64,000 nt of DNA, from assembly GCA_038087875.1 (NCBI GenBank), contig JAXLNO010000033.1:1-64000 (forward strand), read 5' to 3'. The stretch's first letter is position 1; each line of letters starts with the position of its first letter. Source of the DNA: Malacoraja senta (Eukaryota). A program made the translations under genes and the position numbers. A model generated the notes under the pieces. It was not told the origin of the DNA, ran no database searches, and saw only the letters and a program-made list of their open reading frames with translations. Positions 12,430 through 25,023 of the stretch are shown one piece after another.

Positions 12430-13030
12430 ACAAGTTCATATGTCATTCGAGTTTATTTAACCATTGAGTCTACTCCGCCATTTAATCATGGCTCATCTAT
12501 CCTTCTCGACCCCATTCTCCTACTTTCTGCCATAACCTTTGACACCCTTCCTAATCAAGAACATGTCAAACTCTGCTTTAGTATACCCAATGACATGGCC
12601 TCCACAGCCACCTGTGGCAATGAATTCCACAGATTCACCACTCTCTGATTGAAGAAATTCATCCTTATCTTTCTATAGGTATGTCCTTTTATTCCGAGGC
12701 TGTGCCCTGTGGTCCGAGACTCTCCCACTAGTGGAAACATCCTCTCCACATCCACCCTATCCAGGCCTATCATTATTCATAAAGTTTCAATGAGGTCCTC
12801 ACTCGTCCTTCCAAACTCCAGTGAGTACAGGTCCTGAGTAGTCAAACGCTCATACGTTAACCCAATCGTCCCCGGGATCATTCTCGTAAACCACCTCTGG
12901 ATGCCAACCTCAGATGTAGGCCTAAAACTGCTCACAATACTCCAAATGCAGTCTGACCAGTGCCTTCGACAGCCACAGCATTACATCCCTGTTTTTATAT
13001 TCTGATTCTCTCAAAATAAATGCTTTTAGA
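12430..13030 (-). mobile_element. CR1 ORF2 3' fragment
   Basis: EYKNRDVML..LVRLHLEYC and GLDRVDVERMFPLVGESRT.GHSL...FFNQRVVNLWNSLP. Confidence 0.85.
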
Positions 13031-13345
13031 TCACTTGCCAGGCTTTTTCTCCCCACCCCCTCCTCCCATCTAGACAAGCCTATCGGACACCTGCTAGCCC
13101 TGGCTGTCCCCTCCCCTTCATCAGCCATCTGGTTGTCTCCTCCCCTCCCCCAGCCCTCGGGCTCCTCCTCCGCCTTTTCCTTTTTTCCTTTCTTCTCCCC
13201 ACCCCCTATCAGTCTGAAGAAGGGTTTCGGCCCGAAACGTTACCTATTTCCTTCGCTCCATAGATGCTGCTGCACCCGCTGAGTTTCTCCAGCATTTTTG
13301 TGTACCTTCGATTTTCCAGCATCTGCAGTTCCTTCTTTAACACTG
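13030..13345 (+). mobile_element. Penelope-derived terminal repeat
   Basis: cagtctgaagaagggtttcggcccgaaacg...gctgagtttctccagca; the same tail follows the GIY-YIG ORF at 29455-29655. Confidence 0.7.
13211..13245 (+). ncRNA. Minimal hammerhead-ribozyme-like motif
   Basis: CUGAAGA-A-[GGGU UUCG GCCC]-GAAAC-GUU core; stem I is weak. Confidence 0.5.
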
Positions 13346-14604
13346 CTTCACACTTATGTTCTGCCTCCACAATCAGCAATTCTGAAAAAACTGTGACTCT
13401 TCCTGCCCGTTTTTAAAACCTTTTTCTTGTTAAAAAGCAGACTCCTACTTCCAGCAAGATGGCTATTCTCCCTCTGGCTTCAGTATTTACAGTAAAAATA
13501 ATCCCAATGATCCTCTGCTTCCATTGTATTTGATACTCCCACACTCTGGCCAGGGACCTCTTCCAGATCTGCGCTTTCTGCGGATTCACTCTCAGGAAGA
13601 CTGATCTTGCATCTCCCAGAGTAACTGTTGGTGCAAGTGCATCCAACACTAGATGGATTAGTTCAAATTACTCAGCATCATATCTGGTAAAATGCTTATG
13701 ATAATTGTGATTGAATTGTTGTTGGAGAAATTAGTTAATTCATGTTGCTGTCATAATTAATCCTCCCAATCGGAACAAAAACTCAACCACAAGTGATCAT
13801 CATTTTTATACACCTTTGGTTTTGTATATTAACTCCTGAATGTTCCTGATCCTATACCCATCTTTCTCAGCTGTGGTATTTTCCCAATTGTTTATTGGTT
13901 CTTACAAATCCTTCCTCCAAGCTATTTGCTTTTAAGAACAAAGTCTTCCGTGGGTGCCACGCTTTACCTACATACTTGTGCACTAGAATGTACTTCGAAA
14001 GGCATAATTGCTGCAGAGATGAGTTTTTAAGTGGAGATGGCCTCTTGGCTCCCTTCATCGTCCCACAAAAGAGAGAGCACCTGCCTCATAGTACATGTGA
14101 TGATGTCCTGTTGACTTCTTGACCTGGACGTGAGTTATAAAAGCTAGTTCTAGCACAATGGAGGTGTGGGGAAAGAATATCTAGCTTGTTTCAGTGGAAT
14201 GCAAAACAGGTGGGCTGCTTTGAATAATGATCTCAACTATGGGAATGCTGTTGGAGATGCATTAATTGATGCAAATGGATAGAATCCTATCAAGCTCCTG
14301 CCTTGCATCTGGTTGAAAACTTCGGGACATGAGTAGATGGGTTACTACAACCCCTGACCAGCTCTTGTACCCACAGTAATTGTGTTTGATATAGTTGATT
14401 TCTGGCCAGTGACGACCCCAGAATGTTGGTGTGACTTAGCAATGCTAATGCGATTGAATATCATCTGTATGCGGTTCGATTCTCCATTTTTGGAGCTGAT
14501 CTTTGATTCTTCTGTGTATGAATGTTACTTGCCACTGTTTAGTCTACACTGAATGTCGGCCAGGTTCAGCTGAATGCTGGACATGAACTATTTAATTTTC
14601 TAAA

Positions 14605-14850
14605 GATTATAGAGTGATAAAGTGTGGAAACAGGCCCTTCTGCCCAACGTGCTCACACCAGCCAACATGTCCCAACTACATTAGTCCTTCCTGCCTGTGT
14701 TTGGTCCATATCCCTCCAAACTAGTCCTATCCATGTACCTGTCTAACTGTTTCTTAAATGTTGGGATAGTCCCAGTCTCAACTACTTCTGGCAGCTCGTT
14801 CCATACACCCATCACCCTTTGTGTGATAAAGTTACCCCTCAGATTCCTAG
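14605..14850 (-). mobile_element. CR1 3' end
   Basis: RGNFITQRVMGVWNELP..TFKKQLDRYMDR.SLEGYG. Confidence 0.8.
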
Positions 14851-14961
14851 GAGAGTGACACCACATTTTAGGAGGCACACACCACATTTTAGGAGGCACA
14901 TACCACATTTTCTCCTTTGATAATAATTTTATAGTAACTTGCATTTTGTGGACTGTTAAAT

Positions 14962-15250
14962 AAAGGTGGCACGTGGGTGTAGCGGTAGAGCTACTGCCTT
15001 ACTGCGCCAGAGACCTGGGTTCGATCCTGACTACGGATGCTTGTCCATACAGAGTTTGTACCTTGGCTTTCTCCTAGATCTTCGGTTTCCTCCCACACTC
15101 CAAAGATGTACATGTTGGTAGGTTAGCTGGCTTGGTATATATGTAAAAATTGTACCTAGTGTGTTGATGTTCAGGGATTGCTGGCTTGTGCAGACTCAGT
15201 GGGGCGAAGGGCCTGTTTCTGTGCTGTATCTCTAAACTAAACTAAACTCT
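14962..15250 (+). mobile_element. HE1-like SINE, full length
   Basis: A and B boxes (gggttcgatcctgactac) and a (ctaaa)n tail. Confidence 0.85.
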
Positions 15251-15414
15251 GCACAAGGAAGTCTATTGTGTTTGTGTGTGAAAGGTTTCAGATTTGCAGC
15301 AACTAAATTAAAATCCTTTTTAATGTTCAAATTAATGCTGACAACACTCAACCAGATATTCTCTCTCTCTTTTGTATGCTGACTCAGCACCACCGGTGAT
15401 TCAACAGATGACAA

Positions 15415-16745
15415 TTTTTTAAACCAAAACTAATGTAATTATTTACAATAATATGTACAGTACAAAATAAATCAAATCAAAACCCACCACCATAATACAG
15501 GTCAAACAAATATACTGACTAAAGTACTGTGTGGGTGTGGCGGCGCCTAGCGGCAGCGGCTCGACTACAGTCGTCCGTCTTTTTTTAATTTTTGTCTTGT
15601 TAAATGTATGTCTTGAGCTTAGTTTTTTTATTATTTTTTAGCTGTGTATATGTGGGGGGTGGAGGGGGGGATGTGGGGGAAACCGTTAATTTCTTCCCTG
15701 TACGGGGACCCGACCTTTTCCCTGTCGGGTCTCCGATGTCGTTGGGCCTAACATCGTGGAGCCGGCGGCGGCCTCCGGCCGGGACCAACCTGACCGCTCC
15801 AGTCGTGGACCTGCGGACCTGCCATCGCGGAGCTGGCCGGCTTCGGAGCGGGGAGAGCTATGGTGGCGCGCAGCTGCGACCCGACTTTGGAGTTTCGGAA
15901 GCTCCGGCTGCAGGCCCGGTGGACAGTAACATCGGGAGCTCCAGGTCCCTGGTGGGAGACGGCTTTTCAGAGCTCCTGCAACGGCAACTTCTCTCGCTGG
16001 AATCGCGGGGTTTAAACGACACGGAACCGGGCCTAACATCGCCCGGCGTGGCTAAATGGCCACAGGACTTACCATCGCTCGCCGTGGGCTTTAACACCGG
16101 AGCCCCAGTTCGCCTAGATGCTGCAGTTGGACTGCTGGACCACGGGTGAAGAAATAAAGGGAAGAGAAAAGACTTTGCCTACCATCACAGTGAGGAGGTG
16201 TTGGAGACTCACTGCGATGGATGTTTATGTAAACTGTGTTAAGTGTGGGTCTTGGTTTTTTTTGTAATGTAAAAAAAACCTGTAGCAATGATATTTCGTT
16301 CAAGCCTAGGTTTGAATGACAATAAATAGCATTCTATTCTATTATATTCTATACAACTATCACCATCCTTATTGAGGGTGCATTCCTCGTCCCGCGGTGC
16401 TCAGTGGTCCCGGAAATCCCCCAGGGCGCCCGTGGACAACGGGTAGTTCCTTTCTAAAACCAACCGGGCATGGACGTGATGCCGGAAAAGGGGCAGCTAG
16501 CCGGCTCGGGTAGAGCCGTCTTCCGCCTGGTGCTGGGCCTTGTGGATGGCCAGCTTGGCCAGGCCTATGAGCAACCCAACTAGGACATCTTCGGCCTGAC
16601 GCACAGGGTGTCCAAAGATGAGGATGGTGGGTGTGAAGTGCAGCCAGAAGGAAAGGAGCAGCCCCTTTCGGTATTGGAACAGGGGCAGCAACCTTACATA
16701 CTCCATGTAAACAGACCACAGTGGTATCATCGGCATTTTAAAGAT
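15415..16745 (-). mobile_element. Tx1-clade LINE 3' end, interrupted at 15516-16349
   Basis: VYMEYVRLLPLFQY.KGLLLSFWLHFTPTILIFGHP...LIGLAKLAIHK; poly(T) at 15415. Confidence 0.7.
15516..16349 (+). mobile_element. GC-rich non-coding retroposon (family X), copy 1
   Basis: TSD tatac (15511-15515 and 16350-16354); AATAAA plus (ttcta)n tail; shares blocks with 37371-38283. Confidence 0.75.
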
Positions 16746-17359
16746 TGCATTGGAGCTATTTGCTTGATTGGTGTAATGAGCAGGGCAGGGGTCTCCGCAT
16801 GCAGTCTTGAGGAACATCTGTGTTGATGGTCAACAAGGAGGTGATGCCGTTACTGATGTGTACTGATAAAGGTCTGCCAATGAGGATGTCAAGGATCCAG
16901 TTTCTAAGGGAGGTACAGAGGCCCGTCTTGGAGCTTGCTGACGAGTCTGGAGGGGAGGATAGTGTTGAACACAGCCGGTCAATGAATGGTAACCTGACTT
17001 ATGTGTTCATGCTACACAGATGGTTCAGCGCAGAGTGGAGAGCCAGTGAGGTCGCATCTGCTGCTGACCTGATCTGGCATTAGACACATTTAATTTGATC
17101 CAGGAGGCTGTAGTTCATTCAGGGCCGGATTTACGTATAAGACAGGCAAGCTTAAGCTTAGGGCCTCGAGATCTAGGGGGGCCTCGGCCCGCTCTACCAA
17201 GGTGTATAAAACTTTTGACATAGTGGCGTTGTTACAAACCCTACCATCGGTGGCGCTGTGCTTGCGATTCCGGAGGCTTTGGTGGTGTTGGGGGGGGGGG
17301 GGAGGGGGCGAGGGATTAAAATGCAGGTGAGGTTTATATTCGTTGTGGAGAGGACCTCC

Positions 17360-17960
17360 TACTCTTTGCCCGCCGACCCTCGCCACTCCACCGCCCTCCA
17401 GCAGCCTGCAGCCGTCGCCTTACCTGCAGCCTGGACTCAGCACCAGGCGTGAAGTTTCCACGCTGCGGACTCCAACTCCACTGGGTTTGACAGCGCTGGG
17501 TCCTAGTGCTAGTCCCCCTAACCCTCGTAACATCAGTGGGTGTTCCACTGGGTCTTCCCCATTCCCCTCAAACCATGTGACCCCAGCTCTTCCCCACCCA
17601 CACTACAGTCCTCATACCCCCCTACCCCCTGACCACCCACCCCCCCCCCCCACCGGACATCGTCTCGGCCTCAGTCCACTCACCTGCCTTCCTCCGGCCC
17701 CAACCCCCATCCCTGCCGTATGTTCACCATCCCCCCTGACCTCCCCCTCTCAGATACCGAATGGTCTGTCCTCAGCAGAGGCCTCACCTTTGTCCCCCTC
17801 CGTCCCCACCTCAATGAGTTCCGCGCCCGCCGCGATTTGGAGCTCTTCTTCCGTCGCCTCTGCCTCACACCGTTCTTCCATGCGAAGGAGTCCTCGCCCC
17901 CATTGATGATCCCTTTTCCCGTCTCCAACGGACCCCCTCCTCTTGGACCCCCCTCATGGC
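17360..17960 (+). mobile_element. Penelope ORF N-terminal fragment
   Basis: FTIPPDLPLSDTEWSVLSRGLTFVPLRP...DLELFFRRL. Confidence 0.7.
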
Positions 17961-18357
17961 CATTGGTACAATGAAATTTGGGAGTCACCATCCGACGTCG
18001 GAACGGGAGAACATTCTCAGCGGCTTGGACTTCCGAATCGGCCACTTCCTACCGGAGATCGCGGCTCCTGAAGTCCACAGGCTGAGCTGGGCGGAGATTC
18101 ACACTGGCGGCCCTCGGCAAAAGGACCCCAGGGCCCCGCGATATTGAAATCAGCGCATCCCGAGGCTGGGAGCTCCGCAAACCACAGCTCCATGATGTTG
18201 AAGCAGCAGGCCCAACACTCCAGAGCTTCAAACGGGGATCCAGGTAAGGCATAGCCCGCTCTGCGATGAATCCAATATGTATTTTAAAACCAACTGTTTA
18301 ATGACAACATACAGTAGGATCTAAAAGTGTCACACTGTCATTGTAGGGTAGTTGTGG

Positions 18358-19622
18358 TCCTCAGATGGAGTCACAGATGGAGCAGCAGGACACCAGACGC
18401 CTGTGGCAGGGGCTACGGACTGTAACCAACTACCGGAGCAGCCCCTCCTCAACCGGAAGTGCTGGCACCTCCCTAGCTGATGACCTGAACTCCTACGCTC
18501 GTTTCGAGTCGGGCAACATCATCCCAGGTTTGCCGGCTAACAAAAACACCGCCAGCGTGCTGGCTAACAAAGCTGAAGGGAGGTCCATCGCTGAGGATGG
18601 GTACACATTCTCGTTGTCCGAGCACGATGTGAGGAGGGCCCTGACACGGGTGAACACGAGGAAAGCTGTAGGCCCAGATGGCATCTCGGGGCGAGTACTT
18701 AAGTCTTGTGCTACGCAGCTAGCTCCGGTGCTCATTACAATATTCAACCTCTCCCTGGCCAAGTCCGTGGTCCCTGCCTGCTTCAAAAGTTCCATCATTG
18801 TACCTGTACCAAAAAATGCCTCCCCAGCTTGTGTGAATGACTACCGTCCGGTGACCCTCACCTCGGTAGTCATGAAATGCTTTGAGAGGCTGGTTAAGAA
18901 ACAAATCTGCGCCTTCCTCCCTCGCAACATGGACCCGCTACAATTAGCATACCGTCCAAACAGATCCACGGACGATGCGGTCTCCCAGGTTCTGCACACC
19001 GCTCTCTCACCTTGACAGCCAGAAGGGGGGGCTATGTGAGGATGCTGTTCATAGACTTCAGTTCGGCCATCAACACGATAGTCCCCACCAGACTTGCTGA
19101 GAAGCTGCTGGAATTGGGGCTCAACACCCCCCTGTGTGCCTGGGTCCTGGACCTTCTCACCGCCAGGCCCCAGGTAGTCAAGATGGGCACTATGGGAACT
19201 TCACTCGCCTCCCTGCAGGAACTATACATCAGAAATTGCAAATCCAGGGCCAGCAACCTTATGGGGGACCCCTTCCACCCCAGCAACAGACTGTTCCATC
19301 TGCTACGGTCAGGCAAACGCCTCCATTGTCATGCTGTGAAAACGGAGATGATGAGAAGGAGCTTCTTCCCACAGGCCATCAGGACTGTAAACTCCTATCT
19401 CACCAGGGACTAACTTACTGTACCAATTTACTGTTGTGTGTCTTTTTAAAATTGCTGTTTTTTTCCTCTTTTTTCCTCCCACAAATATGTAATATGTGAA
19501 TATGTGATTCTGTTCCATTCTGTTTTGTAGTTTCTTTTTGCACAATCCGCAAGCATTGCCACTTTTCATTTCACTGCACATCTCGTATGTGTATGTGACG
19601 AATAAACTTGACTTGACTTGAC
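18358..19622 (+). mobile_element. Rex1/Babar LINE, 5'-truncated and internally deleted
   Basis: KAVGPDGI, NDYRPVTLTSVVMKCFERLV, LFIDFSSA.NTI; (cttga)n tail; near-TSD tagttgtgg/tagtcgtgg. Confidence 0.88.
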
Positions 19623-20423
19623 TAGTCGTGGGGGTGGGGAATTGGGAGGGGGGGGGGCTCAAAAGTGAAATAGCTTAGGGCCTCTCTTCATCTAAATCCG
19701 GCCCTGAGTTCATTCACCCCATAATCAACCTCTCACCCACTTCATTACAGTGGAAGCAGTTATTGAGGAAGGTCATCGCAGTTGTCTTGGACTCCAGTAC
19801 AATAGATGCCTTTTGAAGCATGTGACAACCTCAGACCAGATATCCAAGAGGTTGAAAATGTCCTTGAATGCTCTAGCCAGTCGGCCGACACAGATCTTCG
19901 TACTAAACCTGGTAAGCCGTCTGAGCTGGACGCCGTTCGTGGATTCAACCTCTTGGAAGATGCTCTAACATCAGCTTCAGAGGCAGAGATCATAAGGCCT
20001 TCAGGGACTGTGTGTGCCCGAGATGGTGTGTCATTGTTCTCCCTTTCAAAGCGTGCATAAAAAGCTCAGTTCAATTGGAAGAGATGCATCATTGCCACTT
20101 ATGCAAGCCCTGCTACAGCTGTCTAGCTTGCATCTGTGACCCAAACTTAGTTCAAAATTGCCACTTAGTGCTCGGTGCTAGTGTTCAGGAAGTCGTACCT
20201 TAGTTCAAAATTGCTATTCAAAATCTTGTGTGATGCTGGATTGCCAGTCTTAAACGACACAAAAAAGCTCAGCAGAATATACGTCCCCTGGATCATCCAT
20301 GACTTCTGATTGGGGAATTTGCTGAAAGTTTTTGTAGGTACAGATTCATCCAAACATTTTTTTATGAAGTCAGTCACAGTTGACAGGTTCGTTGGCACAT
20401 CCTTGACCAAAGTCCTGACCGCC

Positions 20424-20464
20424 AACTATAGTGCCCTCCATAATGTTTGGAGGGCACTATAGTT
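20424..20464. repeat. Perfect 17-bp-arm hairpin, probable collapsed Tc1-type remnant
   Basis: aactatagtgccctcca-taatgtt-tggagggcactatagtt. Confidence 0.75.
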
Positions 20465-20499
20465 TACAGAACTAGAGAGCAAGAGATTCTAGATGAATG

Positions 20500-22530
20500 T
20501 TTGAATAAACACCCTAATACAGTCAGATTAAATAATCGTCTCAGATTATAATATGAATAGCGTTTTGGAATAAAGCCTGTTTGATCGGGTGTATTAATTT
20601 ATGGATCACTAAACTTAATCTATGGGCTAAAATTTTGGTTAATATTTTCTGATCAGTGTTTAAGAGAGCAATTGCTCTATATGAACCTGGGTCTTCAGGG
20701 TCCTTATCCATTTTGGGTATATGTATTATTGTTGATTCATTTAAGGTTTCTGGTAGTTTCTGTTGCATGAAGGCATGAGTATATAATGTCTGTGGGCGTG
20801 GGGAGATCAGATCATGACATTTTTTATAAAATTCACTATTTAAACCATCAGGGCCAGCGGCCTTTCCGTTTTTTTAAAGAACTAATAGATTCTTCAATAT
20901 CTTTTACTGATATTTCAGTCCCCAATAATTCCCTCTCTTTCATATCTAAACCTGTAGGATTACATTTCTGTAAAAATGATTCCATTACTGCAGAACACCC
21001 AGTCATTTTGGTTGAGTAAAGTGTTTGATAGTATTGAGAAAATCTATCATTAATATCCTTGGGTAATGTTAGTATTTCTCCCGTGTCTGATCTGGTTTTA
21101 TAAATTGTTTTTTCCCCTTCCTGTTTCCGGAGTTGACGGCTATTTGTTTTTGTGGTTTATCACTGAACTCAAAAGTGTAGTTGTTTAGTATTTTGATAAA
21201 GTTTTATGATTTGATCTGAATATATTTGGTTTAACTTATATTTGAGTGCAGCAATTTTATTATGTATTATCGTAGAGGGCGCGATTGCATTTTCCATATC
21301 TAATTGCCTTATTTCCATTTCGAATATCTGTTGTTTGGCGCGATTCTTTTTATTACGAAAGGCTTGCGCGGAAATTAACGCTCCTCGTATAAATGCTTTA
21401 AATGTTTCCCAAAGGAGGGAGGCGGATATTTCAGGGCAGTCATTGGTCTCGAAAAACATATTTATCTGTGTGATAAGATATTCGTAACATGCTTTATCAT
21501 GGTCCAAAATTATAATATGATATTTCGAATTATAAATAATCGGGATAAGTTTAGAATCTACTGAAAAGTAGTCTATCCTTGAATAGGTTTTATGTACCGG
21601 TGAGTAGAATGAATATTCCCTTCCGGATGGGTTTTCAGTTCTCCAAACATCTTTGATATTAGTAGTATTAATGTATGAATTTAATAATTCACTTGTCTTG
21701 GATTTTAGTTTTCTTTGTCTTGATGATCTAACTAGATAAGAATCTAGTGTACAATTTAAATTTCCACCAATTATCAAATTATGTTATGTGAGTTCCGGGA
21801 TAGTATTAAGTGTATTCTTAAAAAACAAAGGGTTGTCAAAATTTGGTCCATAAACATTGAGAAGAATCACTTTTTTTAGATATAATTCACCCACTAGTAT
21901 AATATATCTACCATTAATGTCCGCAATAGTTGATATGTGTTTAAAAGGTATACCTTTACGAATTAAAATTGCGACCTCTCTGGCCTTATGGGAGAATGAA
22001 GAATGATACTTTTCAGCAATCCATTTTGCTTTCAGTCTATGTTGTGCTTCGTTTTTAAGGTGAGTTTCTTGAAGAAATGTTATATCTGCATTGAGTGACT
22101 TCAAGTGTGCTAATACTTTACCTCTCTTGATTGGTTCATTAATTCCCTTAACATTTCAGCTACAAAAAGTAATTCCTTGACCCCCGTTTTTTCTATTAAC
22201 GTCTTGCATCTTATGGTTGGGACAGTCTATAAAAGAGCAGATAGCTCAGCACAGTAAACCAGACATTCCACCCGAACACAGGACAGATGAGTTTTAAATC
22301 TAATAAATCTTCCTCCCGGACATATCTCCATAAATAATACATAATTCAATTCAAGTTTAAGATAGTAGTTAAGTAAAAAAAATTAAAAAAAAATAAAAAT
22401 AAAGGGTTGGTAAAGTGCAAGAAAAAAAAAGAAACTACATCTACAATTAGTGTAGTTAGTGATAGCCACACTAGCGTGGCTGGCCATCTAAGGACTTCCG
22501 TAGCCTTAGAAAAAATTATTACTAGCTCCA
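20500..22530 (-). mobile_element. Degenerate L1 (inter-ORF region, APE and start of RT)
   Basis: FLQETHL, NVYGPNFDNP, GGNLNC, YSRIDYF, SYRAIALLNTDQKIL; related to the L1 at 42342. Confidence 0.88.
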
Positions 22531-22537
22531 CGCTACG

Positions 22538-23330
22538 TGCTTTCTTAATAATAGCATCAGTGTTCTTGGACCAGGAAAGATCTTCAGAGATGTGCACGCC
22601 CAGGAATTTGAAGCTCTTGACCCTTTCAACCATCGACCCGTTGATATAAACTGGACTGTGGGTCCCCATCCTACTCCTTCCAAAGTGCACAATCAGTTCC
22701 TTGGTTTTGCTGGTGTTGAGGGCCAGGTTATTGTGCTGGCACCATATGGACAGTCGCTCGATCTCTCTTCTATACTCGGACTCATCCCCATCAGTGATAC
22801 GTCCCACAACAGTGGTGTCGTCAGCGATGGATGATGATGGAGTTCGCACTATGACCGGCTACGCAGTCATGAGTATAGAGTGAGTACAGCAGGGGGCTGA
22901 GCACGCAGCCTTGAGGTGCTCCCGTGCTGATTGTTATCGAGTCTGACACATTTCCAATACGAACAGACTGGTCTGTAAATCAGGAAGTCGAGGATCCAAT
23001 TGCAGAGGGATGCGCAGATACCCAGTTCTGCGAGTTTGGTAACCAGCTTGGAGGGGATGATTGTATTAAATGCCGAGCTGTAATCAATGAATAACAGCCT
23101 GACATATGAGTTTTTGTTGTCCAAGTGGTCCAGAGCGGAGTGGAGGGCCAGCGAGATCGCATCCACCGTTGATCTGTTGTGGCAGTAAACGAACTGCAGT
23201 GGGTCCAGGTTTTTGTCGAGGTAGGAGTTGATTTGCGCCATGATCAACCTCTCAAAGCACTTCATCCACAGGCGTTAGTGCCACTGGTCGATAGTCATTG
23301 AGGCGCGTTACCTTACTTTTCTTGGGCACC
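22538..23330 (-). mobile_element. Rex1/Babar RT fragment
   Basis: KCFERLIM, LFIDYSSAFNTI, ADDTTVVG, FKFLGVHIS. Confidence 0.88.
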
Positions 23331-24689
23331 GAGTATGTACTGATTGCCGAGTATGTACTGACATTCATGCAAGAAGATCTATAACATCGCCCATCACGTT
23401 GAATGATCCTTCCACCTGTGGTCCATGAAAACAACTCGTAGCAAATGCCATTTTGCAAAGCTGTAGAAAGATCTTAAAATCAGCCACAGATGCCCACCAC
23501 GCATCAAGTGCTATTGGAACATTTTGTCCATCAACAGCACGGGCCACATGGTGACTCACTTGGCATCTAAGGACCTCCTTGCCATAGACCTCTTGCTCCT
23601 CTTCAGTAACAACATTACTGACAAGTATTGGTAGTCTTCGCATGTACTTCATGGTAGCACAGTTTGCCCTGGCCAGAGGATCAAGCGTTGACATACATCT
23701 CAACAGTTTGTTGTCAAGTGGAAGCTTGGCTTGCAGGTACTTCCCACACTATACAAAGGCTTCCTCAAGTTGAGAGTAGTTCAGATGTTGTTGAGTCCTT
23801 TCCAATGAGCTTTGATGCTACAGTCCCCAGAAATAGATCTCTTGGCTTCAGTCTAATTGCCTTGTCATCCAGATTTAGTCTTGACGGGTCTTTCAGGACC
23901 TGTACTGACAAGTTCACACAGCATTCTGGCGTAATAAAACGAGCAAGAAATTCCTGGAAAAGTTCAACCTGCCGGTTATTCAGCTTGTGAACTTGGGGGC
24001 TTGATGTTTGAAACATACAAACATACTGTTTCAGCATTGGCATAGAAGCACAGTAGAAGCCCAGGATGGACTGTGTCTTTGTCCGCTTGTAAAAGAGTTT
24101 GTCCACACATCTGTCTTTTCTCTTGCCATCAGCAGTCATCAGCTTCTTTGCACATTCTGCTTGAATGTTCACAATTTCCTCCATGTTAACTTCATAACAT
24201 GACAGCCTGAGATGAGGAATGAAACCCTCTGGCACGGTAAACTTGACTTCAACCAATTGGCAAATGTTCAACAATGCACTACGGAAGTCAGGCGACCACT
24301 TGAAGTCTGCGTGGACATATCCGAACAACCCTTCTACCCAGAAGGCAAAAGGTTTGCACAGTTTTTACTTGCGTTATGGACATGATGACATATGTCCCCA
24401 TCAATATCAAGAAGGTGAGGTGCTCTCTCCTTCCAGAGTCGGAGTTCCAAACCACTCTTTGATCCTCGCATTGCGTCCATAAATACATAAATACAGACAT
24501 GAGATTTTTCCACGGTAGTCTGTGTTGTGTCATTAACTCATCAAGTTTCTCGACGAGAGATTGTGTGTTTGCTCGAATCACTGACACTGATGCAAGATGA
24601 TGTACAGCAACACGATGAAGTGTCAGAGAAAAATAAGACACTAACACAGCCAGGATCTTTTCATCATTGTTGAAAGTTGACTCATCAAT

Positions 24690-25023
24690 CTATCTATCTA
24701 TGGTGTTCACTCCAACTTCGGGTTGAATGGTGCCATCTGGTTCATGATGTCCTGCCACTCCTGTCCTTAGCTAGCCTGCTAGCTCTGACCAGAGAGTTGA
24801 TGTTCATTTTGATGCAGTCTGCTTTCAGGCAGTCACTCCATCTCGTTGGTGGTCTTCCTCTTGGACGGTTTCCATGGACAAGTGCCTCAAATGCTAGATT
24901 GGAAAAGCGTGATGGTGGCATTCGCTGGATATGGCTGAAGTAACGTAGTCTTTTTGTTGTAATTCTGTCCAGAATGGTTAATTCCATACCAAGGGTTGCA
25001 CATATGGTGGTGTTCCGGATCCT
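24690..25023 (-). mobile_element. RTE-clade LINE 3' fragment
   Basis: RLRYFSHIQRM...GNRPRGRPPTRWSD; (taga)n tail. Confidence 0.8.

Larger units (their letters stand above)
17120..19706. mobile_element. hAT-type TIR-bounded composite element
   Basis: TIRs cagggccggattta/taaatccggccctg; perfect 8-bp TSD agttcatt at 17112-17119 and 19707-19714. Confidence 0.9.
16750..20423 (-). mobile_element. Degenerate Rex1/Babar LINE split by the hAT composite
   Basis: VTDFIKKC.DESVPTKTF..FPNQKSW and LNPRTASSSDGLPG; the RT region continues across the insertion. Confidence 0.7.
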
